Shown here in pieces: positions 30,090-41,500 of a stretch of 64,000 bases of DNA (position 1 is the first letter of the stretch; every line of letters starts with the position of its first letter). Source of the stretch: a bacterium (GTDB lineage Bacteria > Patescibacteriota > Dojkabacteria > GCA-016699595 > JBAXKR01); assembly GCA_037131125.1 (NCBI GenBank), contig JBAXRR010000002.1, forward strand, positions 21,605 through 85,604, written 5' to 3'. Position numbers and translations under genes: made by a program. The notes beneath the pieces are model-generated. The model did no database searches and was not told where the DNA came from. It saw only the letters and a program-made list of their open reading frames with translations.

Positions 30090-30092
30090 ACT
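29934..30092 (+). repeat. 159-bp direct repeat, copy 2
   Basis: Matches 27473..27631 with 7 substitutions. Confidence 0.95.
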
Positions 30093-30962
30093 CTGGATTA
30101 ATTCCTCAGTAATTGTTGCCCTATCTTTTGTAACAGGATCTGACTTCTTTAAGTGATCTGTAAAAGATACAGCAGTAGGAGATTTATATATAACCCCAAG
30201 AGGAATTTCTGTTTCTAGATCCTTAATTAAGTTTCTTGCAAAGGATAAGTTATTTATTTCTTTACTTTCAAGATTCTCCATATTCTTAACCTTCTCAAAG
30301 TACCATTCTTGTGTTGTCGCCTTATTGTACGTTGGACAAGATTGAAGAATATTTACGTAACTAAATCCTTTTCCATCAATTTGATGTTGAATAGCCTTCT
30401 TAATTATATCTTTAAGAGATTCCATTTCTCCTGAAAAGCCTTGAGCAATAAAAGATGGATCTAAACTCAAAGCTAAATCTAGAGGGTTTAGTGTCTTTGC
30501 TGAATTGCCATCTGGGCTAGAGTTCATAGGAATATTCTGTTTAGTAGTTGCTGAGCATTGGCCAGTTGTTAATCCGTAGTTTTGGTTATCATGAACAAGA
30601 AAAGTAATTGGATACTCATTTCTTAAAGTGTGGATAAAATGACCTATCCCTTCAGAATATGTAGCACCATCTCCTGCTGTTGCAATTACTATTAGATCTT
30701 TATTAGCAAGCTTAGCACCAACTGCTGCTGGAAGTACCCTTCCATGAAGCCCATGAAATCTATATCCATCTATTTTATCGTTCATGTTTCCATTACAGCC
30801 TATGTCAAAACATAAATATACTTTTTCTGGAGGTATATTTAATTCTGCTAAAGCTTTCTTTATTGAAATCCATATTCCATAGTTACCACACCCTCCACAC
30901 CAAGTTGGTTCATTTTCCCCATGATATTCTTCTATTCTTTTTGCCTCTTCTTTTAAATCCAT
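30081..30962 (-). CDS. 2-oxoacid:ferredoxin/flavodoxin oxidoreductase beta subunit (TPP-binding)
   Basis: WCGGCG, DIGC, LHGR, GDGA, DNQNYGLTTGQ, QSCPTYN. Confidence 0.93.
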   Translation of the reverse strand: MDLKEEAKRIEEYHGENEPTWCGGCGNYGIWISIKKALAELNIPPEKVYLCFDIGCNGNMNDKIDGYRFHGLHGRVLPAAVGAKLANKDLIVIATAGDGATYSEGIGHFIHTLRNEYPITFLVHDNQNYGLTTGQCSATTKQNIPMNSSPDGNSAKTLNPLDLALSLDPSFIAQGFSGEMESLKDIIKKAIQHQIDGKGFSYVNILQSCPTYNKATTQEWYFEKVKNMENLESKEINNLSFARNLIKDLETEIPLGVIYKSPTAVSFTDHLKKSDPVTKDRATITEELIQSLV

Positions 30963-30966
30963 TGTA

Positions 30967-32829
30967 TTAATTTATACTATTTAATTTTTCTTTTATTTCT
31001 TCTACAAAGAATGGTCGTCCATCAAATTTTAAGAGTGTATTATCTATTCCCTTACCTGTTTTCATCTTTAACATTCCGTTTAGTTCAGATTGGAAATTTC
31101 CTTCTATTATTACCATCTTTACTCCAGATTCTATTGCTTTCATATATTCACTAACATTAAGTGGCCAGAGATATGAATAATGAATACAAGATATTTTCTT
31201 TGTTGGATTTTCTAATTTAATTTCATCCATTGCATCCAGAACTGTATTAGTTGTACTTCCCCAACTTACTACACAGATGTCTCCATATGAATGATCTCCA
31301 TCAGATCCTACTTCAAAGTTTCTGTAGACAACAGGTGCTGGAAGTTCTGCTTCTATAAACTTAGTCTTCTTTTGTCTTTTTATCTGCATAAGATTTGCAC
31401 CATCTGAATCGTCAATTACGTTTCCATCCACATCATGTTCATCACTATTTGTTCCATATGTTTTACTAATTGTTCCCGGAAGCCATCTTGGAGAAACTCC
31501 ATTTTCAGTGTCAGCATATCTATGAAGAATATTTTTTTGTTCTTCAGTGAGTGCAGATGTATCCAGTACACTTCTTTCAATTTTTACTTTTCGTGGATCA
31601 AATTTTTCAGATAAGAACAAACTTTCTGCTAAGAATTTATCTGTTAAGAACAAGACTGGAACTTGCCATTTCTCTGTTAGATTAAATGCTTCTTGAATCA
31701 AATAGAAAGCCTCAGTTGTATCTTTTGGAGCTATTACAATTCTTGGAAATTCTCCATGTCCAGAATACACAGCAAGTGTTAAGTCTGCTTGTGTCGTCCA
31801 AGTTGGAAGTCCAGTTCCAGGACCAGGTCTTTGACCAATTACACAAACAAAAGGTACTTCTGTAATTCCAGCAAGAGATAGATGTTCTGTCATAAGATCG
31901 AATCCACCTCCACTTGTTGCAGTTAAAGCTCTACTTCCAACAGACATTGCTCCAATTACCATTCCTGCAGCAGTAATTTCATCTTCAACTTGTTTTACTA
32001 ACATTCCAGATACATGTGCTTTTTCTGCTAGAAATGTAAGTATTCCACTTGAAGGTGTCATTGGATAACCAAAGAATTCACTTACACCTCCTGCTATTAC
32101 ACCTAGAGAAACTGCTTCATTTCCACTTACTAACACATTGCCACTTAAGGAAGCATTTGGATTACCAATAATATCTTTTGAGAAATAATTCTTTAGTTTT
32201 TCTTGGTCTATATTTGGAAATACAACGTCTCTAAATGAAGATGGGTGAAATGGAAATTTATAGTCCGAAAAGTTCTTAGCCTCAAAAGTAAATCCTGATC
32301 TTAATATCTTCACATTAATATCTGCAACTTCAGGCTTTTTAGCAAAATTTGAAAGTATAACCGATGCAATACTATTAATTGGAAGACCAAATAATTTCCA
32401 TAGGAATCCCAATATTGCAGTATTAGACATTTGCTTTGTTCCACCATTTTCCAAAGCTAACTCAAGTGCTGGAACGTATATGAATTCTACATTTTTTTCT
32501 TTAAGTAATTTTGCATCATTTTCTGTAAGCCTTACCTTTTTAGTATCATGAAGAATAATTCCACCATCTTGTATCTCTTCTAAATGCCACTTAACTCCCT
32601 GCTGGTTTAATACAATAACAATATCTATCTTCGTACTTGGAGAACGAACAACCTGATTCGAAAAATCTACTTGGTAAGTAGCATGTCCTCCCTTAATTAG
32701 AGATGGATACTCTCTGTATCCAAACACATAAAAACCTGCGTTCTTTAATGCTTTTGCAACAATCTTACCTACGGTATCTATTCCTTGTCCAGATTGTCCT
32801 GCAATTTTTATTGAATATCTTGTTCTCAT
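30967..32829 (-). CDS. 2-oxoacid:acceptor oxidoreductase alpha subunit (gamma-alpha fusion)
   Basis: AGQSGQGI, YPSLIKGGH, GNEA, GYPMTPSS, EDEI, TATSGGGF, QRPGPGTGLPT. Confidence 0.93.
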   Translation of the reverse strand: MRTRYSIKIAGQSGQGIDTVGKIVAKALKNAGFYVFGYREYPSLIKGGHATYQVDFSNQVVRSPSTKIDIVIVLNQQGVKWHLEEIQDGGIILHDTKKVRLTENDAKLLKEKNVEFIYVPALELALENGGTKQMSNTAILGFLWKLFGLPINSIASVILSNFAKKPEVADINVKILRSGFTFEAKNFSDYKFPFHPSSFRDVVFPNIDQEKLKNYFSKDIIGNPNASLSGNVLVSGNEAVSLGVIAGGVSEFFGYPMTPSSGILTFLAEKAHVSGMLVKQVEDEITAAGMVIGAMSVGSRALTATSGGGFDLMTEHLSLAGITEVPFVCVIGQRPGPGTGLPTWTTQADLTLAVYSGHGEFPRIVIAPKDTTEAFYLIQEAFNLTEKWQVPVLFLTDKFLAESLFLSEKFDPRKVKIERSVLDTSALTEEQKNILHRYADTENGVSPRWLPGTISKTYGTNSDEHDVDGNVIDDSDGANLMQIKRQKKTKFIEAELPAPVVYRNFEVGSDGDHSYGDICVVSWGSTTNTVLDAMDEIKLENPTKKISCIHYSYLWPLNVSEYMKAIESGVKMVIIEGNFQSELNGMLKMKTGKGIDNTLLKFDGRPFFVEEIKEKLNSIN

Positions 32830-32830
32830 G

Positions 32831-35014
32831 TTATTTTTTTACGAATATCTTAAAATCTGCTGCGATTACATTTACATCATTAATCATAACGGGATTAATA
32901 TCAATAGATGAAATCTCAGGATATGCCAACACCATATTTTGGAGATTACTTACAAGCTCAACTAATGCATTCTTTGCTAAAAGTTTTTGACCTCTAGCTC
33001 CATCAATTATTTTACTTACCTTTGTTGATGAAATCATTTTCAATATCTCAGTTTTACTCATAGGAATTAATCCCATGGAAAAATCTTTTAGTATTTCTGT
33101 ATATATACCACCCATTCCAAATACTAATACGTGTCCAAATCCAGTTTTAGTTTCATATACATTACTTCCTCCATCTCTATTAACTCCTAAGAAAAGTTCC
33201 AGAGGATAACTCAACATTTCTTGAAGAAGTACTTCAGGACTTCCAGAACCATTAGACTCTTTATTTGCAGAAGTTATATTAGTTAGCAATTCTAAATAGG
33301 ATTTCTTGAGTTCATCAGTTGTATCTATATTTAGAAATACTGCCTTTGCATCTGTCTTATGTGCAAGAGATTTGGTAGTAGCCTTAAGAACTAACTTCTT
33401 CGTAAGCTTTCCATTATCCCCTAGTAGACTATTGGTTTTAAGAGCTTCAGCTAGCTCTTCTATTGAATGAACCACAACACTCATTGGTGTTGGAATATTA
33501 AATTGTTTTGCTAACTCTGCTACTTCTACTTCACTTAAAGAAGTCTGTTCCTCTTTAACATCAAAAACTGTTTTAGTTAGAATTTTAGACTTCGTCATAT
33601 TAATCGTTTCGCTTATACTCATCCTGTTATCCATAAGAGTATTTTCAGTTGGATCTTCAAAGTAGTAATTAAGATAAGCATTAATAGCATCTACACAATC
33701 TTCATCATATTTAAAAAATGGAACCTTACTATCTTTAAATCTATCTAGAGCAACTTGAACATATTCTCCTCCAAGAAATAGTGGAAAGATATTTTTTGTT
33801 GTTGATCTTGCAAAATTCGTAATTATTTTAGAGGTCTCCTCTACTTGTGTAACAGCTTGAGGAGTAAGAATTGCAATAATATTAGAAACCTCAGGAGAAA
33901 CAGCGAGAATATCTAATGCTGATTTATATCTTTCAGAAGAAGCATCTCCAATTAAGTCAATTGGATTATGTTTTGAAGACTCTTCAGGAAGTACTTTTGT
34001 AAGACTTGAGATAGTTGTATCTGAAAGTTTTGTAAGTTTAATTCCTTTTTCACTAATAAGGTCAGTTATCATGATGCCGGGACCTCCAGCATTTGTAAGA
34101 ATTGATATACTTTTATCATTCAGTTTCTTTGAATTTCCCCAACTAAAGGTTAACAAATAGTTAAACATATCCTCCATACTTTTTACTTCAATTACCCCAG
34201 CACTCTTAAGAGCAACGCTTGCGCTATTAGAAGCAGATGCAATAGAGCCTGTGTGAGATGCAATTGCTGTTCTTGCTTCCTCAGAACTTCCTGGGTGAAG
34301 AATAATTATTGGCTTTTTAACTTTTGAATTCTTTATAACCTCTACTAGCTCAAGCCCCCTTCCGAATTCTTCAATATATGCAGCAATTACTTTTATACTG
34401 TCATCTTTTAACCACTCTTCAATAAAATTAATTTCATCAATTCCTGCCTTATTTCCAACTGAAACAAATTGTGACAAACCTAAGTTTTTCTTTGCAGCAA
34501 AATCTAATAGTGCAGTACCAAATGCACCAGACTGAGATATAAAAGCAATGTTTCCTTTAGCTGGATAAAACTGTGCAAAAGATGCATTCAAATTGTTTTC
34601 TGTATTAATTAGACCTAAACAATTAGGACCAAGAAGTGCAATTGAATATTTAAGGGATATTGCTTTAAGTTCTTCTTCTAATCCTTTTCCAATCTCTCCA
34701 GTTTCACTAAAACCTGCAGAAATAACTATTGCAGCTTTAACTCCTTTTCTTCCTGCATCATCAAGGATTTGTGGGACAGTATGTGCAGGTGTAACTATTA
34801 TTGCTAGTTCAACAGTATCTGTAATACTATTTGCATCCGGATAACATACAGTGTCTCCTAAAGTAGAATACTTTGGGTTAATTGGATATAGCTTACCTTT
34901 GAAGCCATTCAATTTAAGATTATTATATACAACTGACCCAAGTTTATTCTGATCCTTAGATACACCGTAAACACATATAGAACTTGGTTTTAGTAAGTAG
35001 TTTAATCCATTCAT
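32831..35014 (-). CDS. Acetate--CoA ligase (ADP-forming), fused alpha/beta
   Basis: YPINPK, ISAGFSE, GPNCLG, SQSGA, SHTGS (phospho-His), TNAGGPGI, NPIDLIGDA, HKTD, FGMGGIYTE, DINP. Confidence 0.9.
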   Translation of the reverse strand: MNGLNYLLKPSSICVYGVSKDQNKLGSVVYNNLKLNGFKGKLYPINPKYSTLGDTVCYPDANSITDTVELAIIVTPAHTVPQILDDAGRKGVKAAIVISAGFSETGEIGKGLEEELKAISLKYSIALLGPNCLGLINTENNLNASFAQFYPAKGNIAFISQSGAFGTALLDFAAKKNLGLSQFVSVGNKAGIDEINFIEEWLKDDSIKVIAAYIEEFGRGLELVEVIKNSKVKKPIIILHPGSSEEARTAIASHTGSIASASNSASVALKSAGVIEVKSMEDMFNYLLTFSWGNSKKLNDKSISILTNAGGPGIMITDLISEKGIKLTKLSDTTISSLTKVLPEESSKHNPIDLIGDASSERYKSALDILAVSPEVSNIIAILTPQAVTQVEETSKIITNFARSTTKNIFPLFLGGEYVQVALDRFKDSKVPFFKYDEDCVDAINAYLNYYFEDPTENTLMDNRMSISETINMTKSKILTKTVFDVKEEQTSLSEVEVAELAKQFNIPTPMSVVVHSIEELAEALKTNSLLGDNGKLTKKLVLKATTKSLAHKTDAKAVFLNIDTTDELKKSYLELLTNITSANKESNGSGSPEVLLQEMLSYPLELFLGVNRDGGSNVYETKTGFGHVLVFGMGGIYTEILKDFSMGLIPMSKTEILKMISSTKVSKIIDGARGQKLLAKNALVELVSNLQNMVLAYPEISSIDINPVMINDVNVIAADFKIFVKK

Positions 35015-35035
35015 TGTTGGGCAGTTCTTAATTTT

Positions 35036-35482
35036 CTATTTTACAAAAACACTAGCTAAAGTTTTTCCCCATGTTTTCCATTCTTCTTCTCTTCCATATA
35101 CCATTCCATCTATTCTAAGAGTTGGCATTATTTGTACTCCTTCAACTGCTTTAATTCCCTCGTCTAGTCTATCTGCAGCTCCACAAAACACATCATAGTT
35201 CTTACTATCTCCTAGAGCGATAGATGCAAATTTCTTTCCAGTAAACTTCTTTGTGATGAATTCTTTGTAAAATGGATCGAAGTATTCTTGCATTTGTCCT
35301 TCTCCATATGTTGGACATGCAAGTACAATAAGATCATAGTTATTAAGATCATCTACTTTTGCACCTTCTACTCTTTGTAGAGTTACTTCATTTCCAGCTT
35401 CTTTCATTGCTTCTGAAACACTTTTAACAACCCATTCTGTATTTCCAGAAGTAGTTGCGTATACGAATATTATTTTTCCCAT
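35036..35482 (-). CDS. Short-chain flavodoxin
   Basis: YATTSGNTE, CPTYGEG, ALGDS..FCGA. Confidence 0.92.
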   Translation of the reverse strand: MGKIIFVYATTSGNTEWVVKSVSEAMKEAGNEVTLQRVEGAKVDDLNNYDLIVLACPTYGEGQMQEYFDPFYKEFITKKFTGKKFASIALGDSKNYDVFCGAADRLDEGIKAVEGVQIMPTLRIDGMVYGREEEWKTWGKTLASVFVK

Positions 35483-35545
35483 AGTTAATATGAAAGATAT
35501 TAATAGAGATACTTTAGCAAAAAATGAATATGTATTAAACAGGAA

Positions 35546-38500
35546 CTAATAATTCTGATCCCTTTTTCTACGCCTCAGCATTATTACAAGAATAATTATT
35601 AAGAGAATTATCAAAAGAGGACAACATATTACAAATAGCATTACTGGATTACTACTTATTCCATCTAAAATGCTGCCACTAGATTTAGATGAAGATTTTG
35701 AAGATGATCTACTACTTGATGAATAACTGGATTGAGAAGAATTTGAACTCTCACTTGAATTAGATTCTACCGAACTTGAAGATTCTGAAGAAGAACTTTC
35801 ACTTGAACCAGATAAATTTGAATTGATCTTCTTTAAAATAACAGTTTTAGATGACACCTGATCGGAAACATTCAGAGTTAGTGTTCTCTCACCAGATATA
35901 TTTCCCAAATCATCAACTAAGTAGTAGATAAATGTATTATTACCAGTAGATAAGTTCAATGTAATTTCATATTTTCCCTGACTATTTGTTAACGCAGTAG
36001 AATCTACTGAAGCTTTAGTAAAATGCACTGTACTGTTTGATGAAGCGTTTCCTTTAACAACTGCAGTTTTAGTATTCAAATTGTAAGTAATTGAATCTGA
36101 TTCTGGGATATTAGAAATAGAATTAATATCTGTGATCGAAACTTTATTTACTTGTACCTTCTGATAATTAATTGCGATTTCATGTATTGTTGGGGTCTCA
36201 TCAATATTTGAAGTTGTTAAAATAGCCTTATATTGTATATATTTAGATTTTGGTGAAGGTATTTCAGGAGTTGTATTTTGCCATGCACTCCAAGTTCCAT
36301 CTACAGTTGGAGTATTTCCTGTTCGAGTTTGATAAACATCATTCGTTCCTGATGGATTTGTACTTTGAGGAACTAGGGTTTTCCAAATTCCACCAGTGGC
36401 ACCTGCACTTAATACAGTTGATGTATATTCACCAGGAGTCCCACCATAAAGAGAAGTAAATTGTTCTTGAGTAGATACCGTAACGCTATCCAGACTTGGA
36501 GTAATATTTGTATTATTTGTTCTTAAAATTGCTTTATATTTAAAACCATAAATAGAATTAGAAGGAAGGTAATAAAATTTATTTGCAACATTTCCTAGAG
36601 AAAAATATGTTTGTCCAAAATCTAAGCTATATTGTAATTCAACTGACGTGCCAACTGGAGTTGTTGAAGTCCAAGATACGATAGCGTACTTTTCCATTTG
36701 GTATCTATCACTTAACTCAACGCTAGATAATTTGCTTACATCTCCGCTTTCTTTTATACCATCATAATTATCTTCTCCTCCTCCAATAATATATACATCT
36801 GAACCTACGACTGCTGCTGAAGAATGAATTCTCCTTTTCAAATCGAAAGGTGCAGTTTTAGAAGAATCCAAATGAGCAGAAGATTTCCATTTATTTGTTA
36901 TTGGATTATATTCCAACATGTATTCCGTTGGTTCACCAGATAAATTCTTTCCTCCAATTATGAAAAGCTTTTCACTGGACACATTATCATTAGGAGTATA
37001 TGTACTATTTGTTGTTATAACAGCAGAAGTAGCCCTTCCAAGCTGATATGGCATTGGAGTCTTCTCCGCCCAGCTATCTCCTATAGGATCATACTCTAGT
37101 AAAGAGTTGGTTTCACTTATTAAATCTTGCCCTCCAGCAATATATAATTTTCCATTAATTGTAGCTGCAGAAGAATTTTGTCTTACATCTGGCAGAGATG
37201 TTTTGTCAGTCCAGGTATCACTTGTTGGATCATATTCTTTTACTATACTAATAGGGTTCCCAGATTCATTTCTTCCTCCTACAACATAGAGTTTGTTATT
37301 CACAACTCCACCTGCTGCATATGATCTTCTAGGTACTGGCATAGCTGACTTTGAACTATCCCAGGTATTGTTTACTGGATCATAAATAACAAGTGAATTT
37401 AAATAGGCTCCACCACCATCCCATCCTCCAGTTATATATAACTTACCGTTTATTACACCCCCAGAAGCATAAGCTCTGTTTCCAGGAAGAGATGTTTTTG
37501 TTGTCCATGTATTTGCGATAGGATCATAGGCTTCTAATGTATTTAAGTAGTGATAATGATTAGGAGCATCTTGGTAAGCTCCTCCAGCAACATAAATAAT
37601 TCCATTTATGACTCCTGTCACAGACGCAAATCTAGCAGTAGTCATATTTTGTTTTGGAGTCCATAAATCATTTTCAGAATATATATTCCTACTTTGATAT
37701 GTTGCTATCGTATTATATTTTCCATCCAAATAAATTACTCCTAGACCTTCCCAAGTACTTGAATATAATAAATTTTTCGAAGTATCCACAAATAGATCAG
37801 TTACTTGAAGACTTGGGAGTGCTGATGGAGGATTTGTATTATACGTAGCAACTAGTGTGTCATCTGAAGAAACTTTAGTTCCCTTTGTGTCGATAACAGA
37901 AATTCCTTGATCCGTAGCAATATATAGATAATTATTGGAGGTATTTAAGTATGATCTACTTACATTATTACTTAATATTGCTGGATTCGAACTTGTGCTA
38001 TATGTTAGTGCGAAATTATTGTCAGTAGGATCAATTACACTAAGTCCTCCACCTTGTGTGGAAACATAAATTAAATTATTTGAACTGTTAAGGTAAGTGT
38101 TAACAACTGAATTTCTACCAATGGAAGGAACTGTATTAGTAAGATAAGTTTTTACTAATGTGTCATCTAAAATACTTTGAGTTCCTTTAGTATCTATTAC
38201 AGTTACACCCCCATCATTAGGAAGTGCTTTGTAATCATCGAAAGAGCTTACATAAAGATAATGCGTTGCTGGATCTAAGAAGGAATTTCTTACAAAATCT
38301 CCAACTAATGCAGGGGTTGAGGTAGTACTGTATGTAGAAAACGTATCGTCAGATGGATCCAGTGGTGTCCCATTTCTATTTATTACAGTTAACCCTCCAC
38401 CATATGTACTAAGATATATCTGATCCGATACTAACATCGAGTGATACATATTTTTATTAGGTACACTTCCTGGATAGTTAGTTGGATTATATGTTGCAAT

Positions 38501-41500
38501 AACCACATCATCCGTTTGGTCAAGTGGTGTATTTTTTGTATCTACTACAACAAGACCTACATCTGTACTAATATACAAAAGTACATGAGCAGGATTGGTT
38601 TTATCTAAAAATGAATGTCTAACAAAATTTCCTAAAATTGCTGGGGTACTTCTCTTGTTGTATGTCATTACAAAGGTATCATCGGATGGAATTGTAGTTC
38701 CATTTGTATTAATAATAGAAAGTCCAAAGTCAGTACTTACGTATAGCAAATTATCACTTGAATCCAAGAAAGAGTGTATTACTCTATTGTTTGCTATTGA
38801 TGGATTTGTAGAAGTACTGTAGATATAACCTTTATTTATTTGAACATTTCCATTTACATTATTTTCATCATCAGCATTATATGTCGAAGTTGATCCTCTA
38901 TCGTTTAATAAATATTCTGCTCTAAAATCTTTTCTAGTAGTTTCAGTATAATCGCTTGTAAAATATTTAAGTTCAATATCACCTGGAGATTGGTATATAT
39001 TTGTTAAATCTCCTTGATCTCCTTTTGCAAAATCATCTAGCGTCGTTTGGATAATCTGTGAGTCAGGAACTGTGGCTAATCTTGTAATATATAATGAATA
39101 GGTAGTTGGAATTTTTTCTGATTCACTTACTATAACACTAATTGTTTTTTGAACACCAATGTCTAAAGTGATTGGACCAGAGGCTTGATCTGTTAAGACA
39201 ACTCCACCATCAACAGTAATACTTCCAACTCCTGTTGGAGTTATAGTTACACTATCAATATTGTTAGCAACGGTAACTCCATTATATGTATATATTCCAC
39301 TTGCAAAAGTATAGTTAGAAGGAGATCCACTTAAAACCAGGTTTGTTAAACTTGATCTTGGCACTGCAAAATTTCTAATTACTCTTACATTATCCGTAAG
39401 ATCCCTATCATATGTTTCTTGAAAACCACTCCCGATATCTTCATCCCAAGCATATGTATTATCATATTTTGTTGAACTCCAGTAATAATCACTATCAAGA
39501 ATACCAATTGCTGCCTTATTCAAATATAGCTGATTAAGTTCGTCTTTACTTGGAAGATACCAATCAGTATACCCTCCCTCCTGGTAGGCTCTTGCAACCT
39601 TTGCAGCAGTATCAGACTCAGCGCATCCTGCAATTATATCCAAAGTATTTTGATAACCAGATCCAATAGAAACTCCGTCGGCTCCGGAAATTGGGGTACC
39701 AATACATCCCCACGGATGATAATCTAATGCAATTATTCCAGTTAGGAATCCACTAAATCCAGTTCTGTCTATGTATGCAATTTTCCCACCTTGATAACTA
39801 TCTCCTATAGCTACTGGGCTAAGTAATACCTCAATTGTATATGTTTTACTTGGTTTGCCAGTTTCAGTTGCAACAACTGTAACTGTTTTTGGAATGCTTG
39901 ATATTAAATTTATACTTTGAGATGCATTCCCAGAAGCAACCTCAGTACCATCAACAGTGATGACACCAGCTCCTATTGGTGTCACGGTAATACTTGTTAC
40001 ACCTCTTTGAATAATCACTCCCGTATATGAATATGTCCCGTGAGCAAATGAATAATATAGTGGAGATCCACTTATTTCAATATTTGTTAAATCCTGAGTA
40101 GTTCCAAGATCCTGATATGAAATTACTACACTATGCAAAACAGGTGAAATATTTTGATCCCCAGTTGTTAAAGTAGCCTCATATTGTATATATTTTGAAA
40201 AAGGAGAAATTATTTTTAATGGATTTCCTGTTGGTACTTCCCATGCACTCCAAGAGCCATCAACTAATTCCGTATTTCCTGATCTTGTTCTATATGTTAT
40301 ATCTGTGCCACTCGGAAGTGTACTACTAGGGACCAAAGTATCCCATCCTCCTTGATCACTTACTGCACTTAGTACTCCAGACGTGTATACACCTGTATCT
40401 GAAATATACTTTGACAATGGAGCGTTTCCATAAGATATTGTCACACTATTTAGACTAGAAGTAGCAGTTGGATCATTTGTTACAAACACAGCTTTGTATA
40501 ACAAACCTGATATTACAACTCCATCAGGTAAATCATAAGAACCTGCGGTTGTTCCAAGTGAGGTAAAATCAACACCTCCGTTAACACTATAAAGAAGCTC
40601 AAGAGAAGTGTTAGTTGGAACTGTCGATGTCCATGCAATATTAACCTTAGAATTCCCATCAGCATCTATAATATTTTGACTCGTAAAGTCTGCACTAGAA
40701 ACATAAGTTCCATCAATATCCAATACCGTTACACCACCGCCACCTGTCCCTAAGTACAAGAGATTTGTGGGTGTTAGAAATGCATCAGTCAAACTTCCTT
40801 GAATATATTGAGCAGTAAATAAATCATCAGAAAAATCTTTGGGTGTATCTCTCCTATCTATTACAGAAACACCACCATTAGTTGCAATAAATAATAAATT
40901 GGGTGATGTACCAAAGAAAGATTTGTAAACAGAATCGGTAGGCATAATTTCGGGATCACTAACTGTGTTATATGTTTTGAGCAAAGAATTACCAATTGTA
41001 TTTACAACAGATAATCCTCCATCGTATGTACTGACATATAAGAGTCTATTTGTGTTATCTAAATTCAAATCAAGAATATTGTTTCCACCAATTGCTGGAG
41101 TTGTTGTGTTTAGTACAGTAACTAAAACATCATCACTTAAATCACTTGGAGTACCTTTTCTATCAATTACAGAAACACCATTCCAAGTTCCAACATAAAT
41201 TAAATCTCTAACAGGATCAATTGCAAAGCTTCTAAGATAGTCATCACTTAAATATGCAGGACTACTTGAAGTGTTATATGTTCCGACAACATTTTGAGTT
41301 AGAGTATTTATAACAATTAATCCTCCACCAGCACTTACAATGTAAAGTAAATTATTAGATGTATCCAAATAAGATTGATTTGAATCAAAAGGATAGTTAA
41401 CAACAAAGGAGGCACTTAGTAAATCAACTGCAGAACCCGTCAATATATCTATAACACTAACTCCCCCATCAGTACTTACATAAAGAAGTCTGTGAGATGG

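Noticed and set aside
27473-30092. 159-bp repeat pair as DGR template/variable repeats
   Set aside because: Mismatches are not confined to adenines of one copy on either strand, all are synonymous, and no reverse transcriptase is present.
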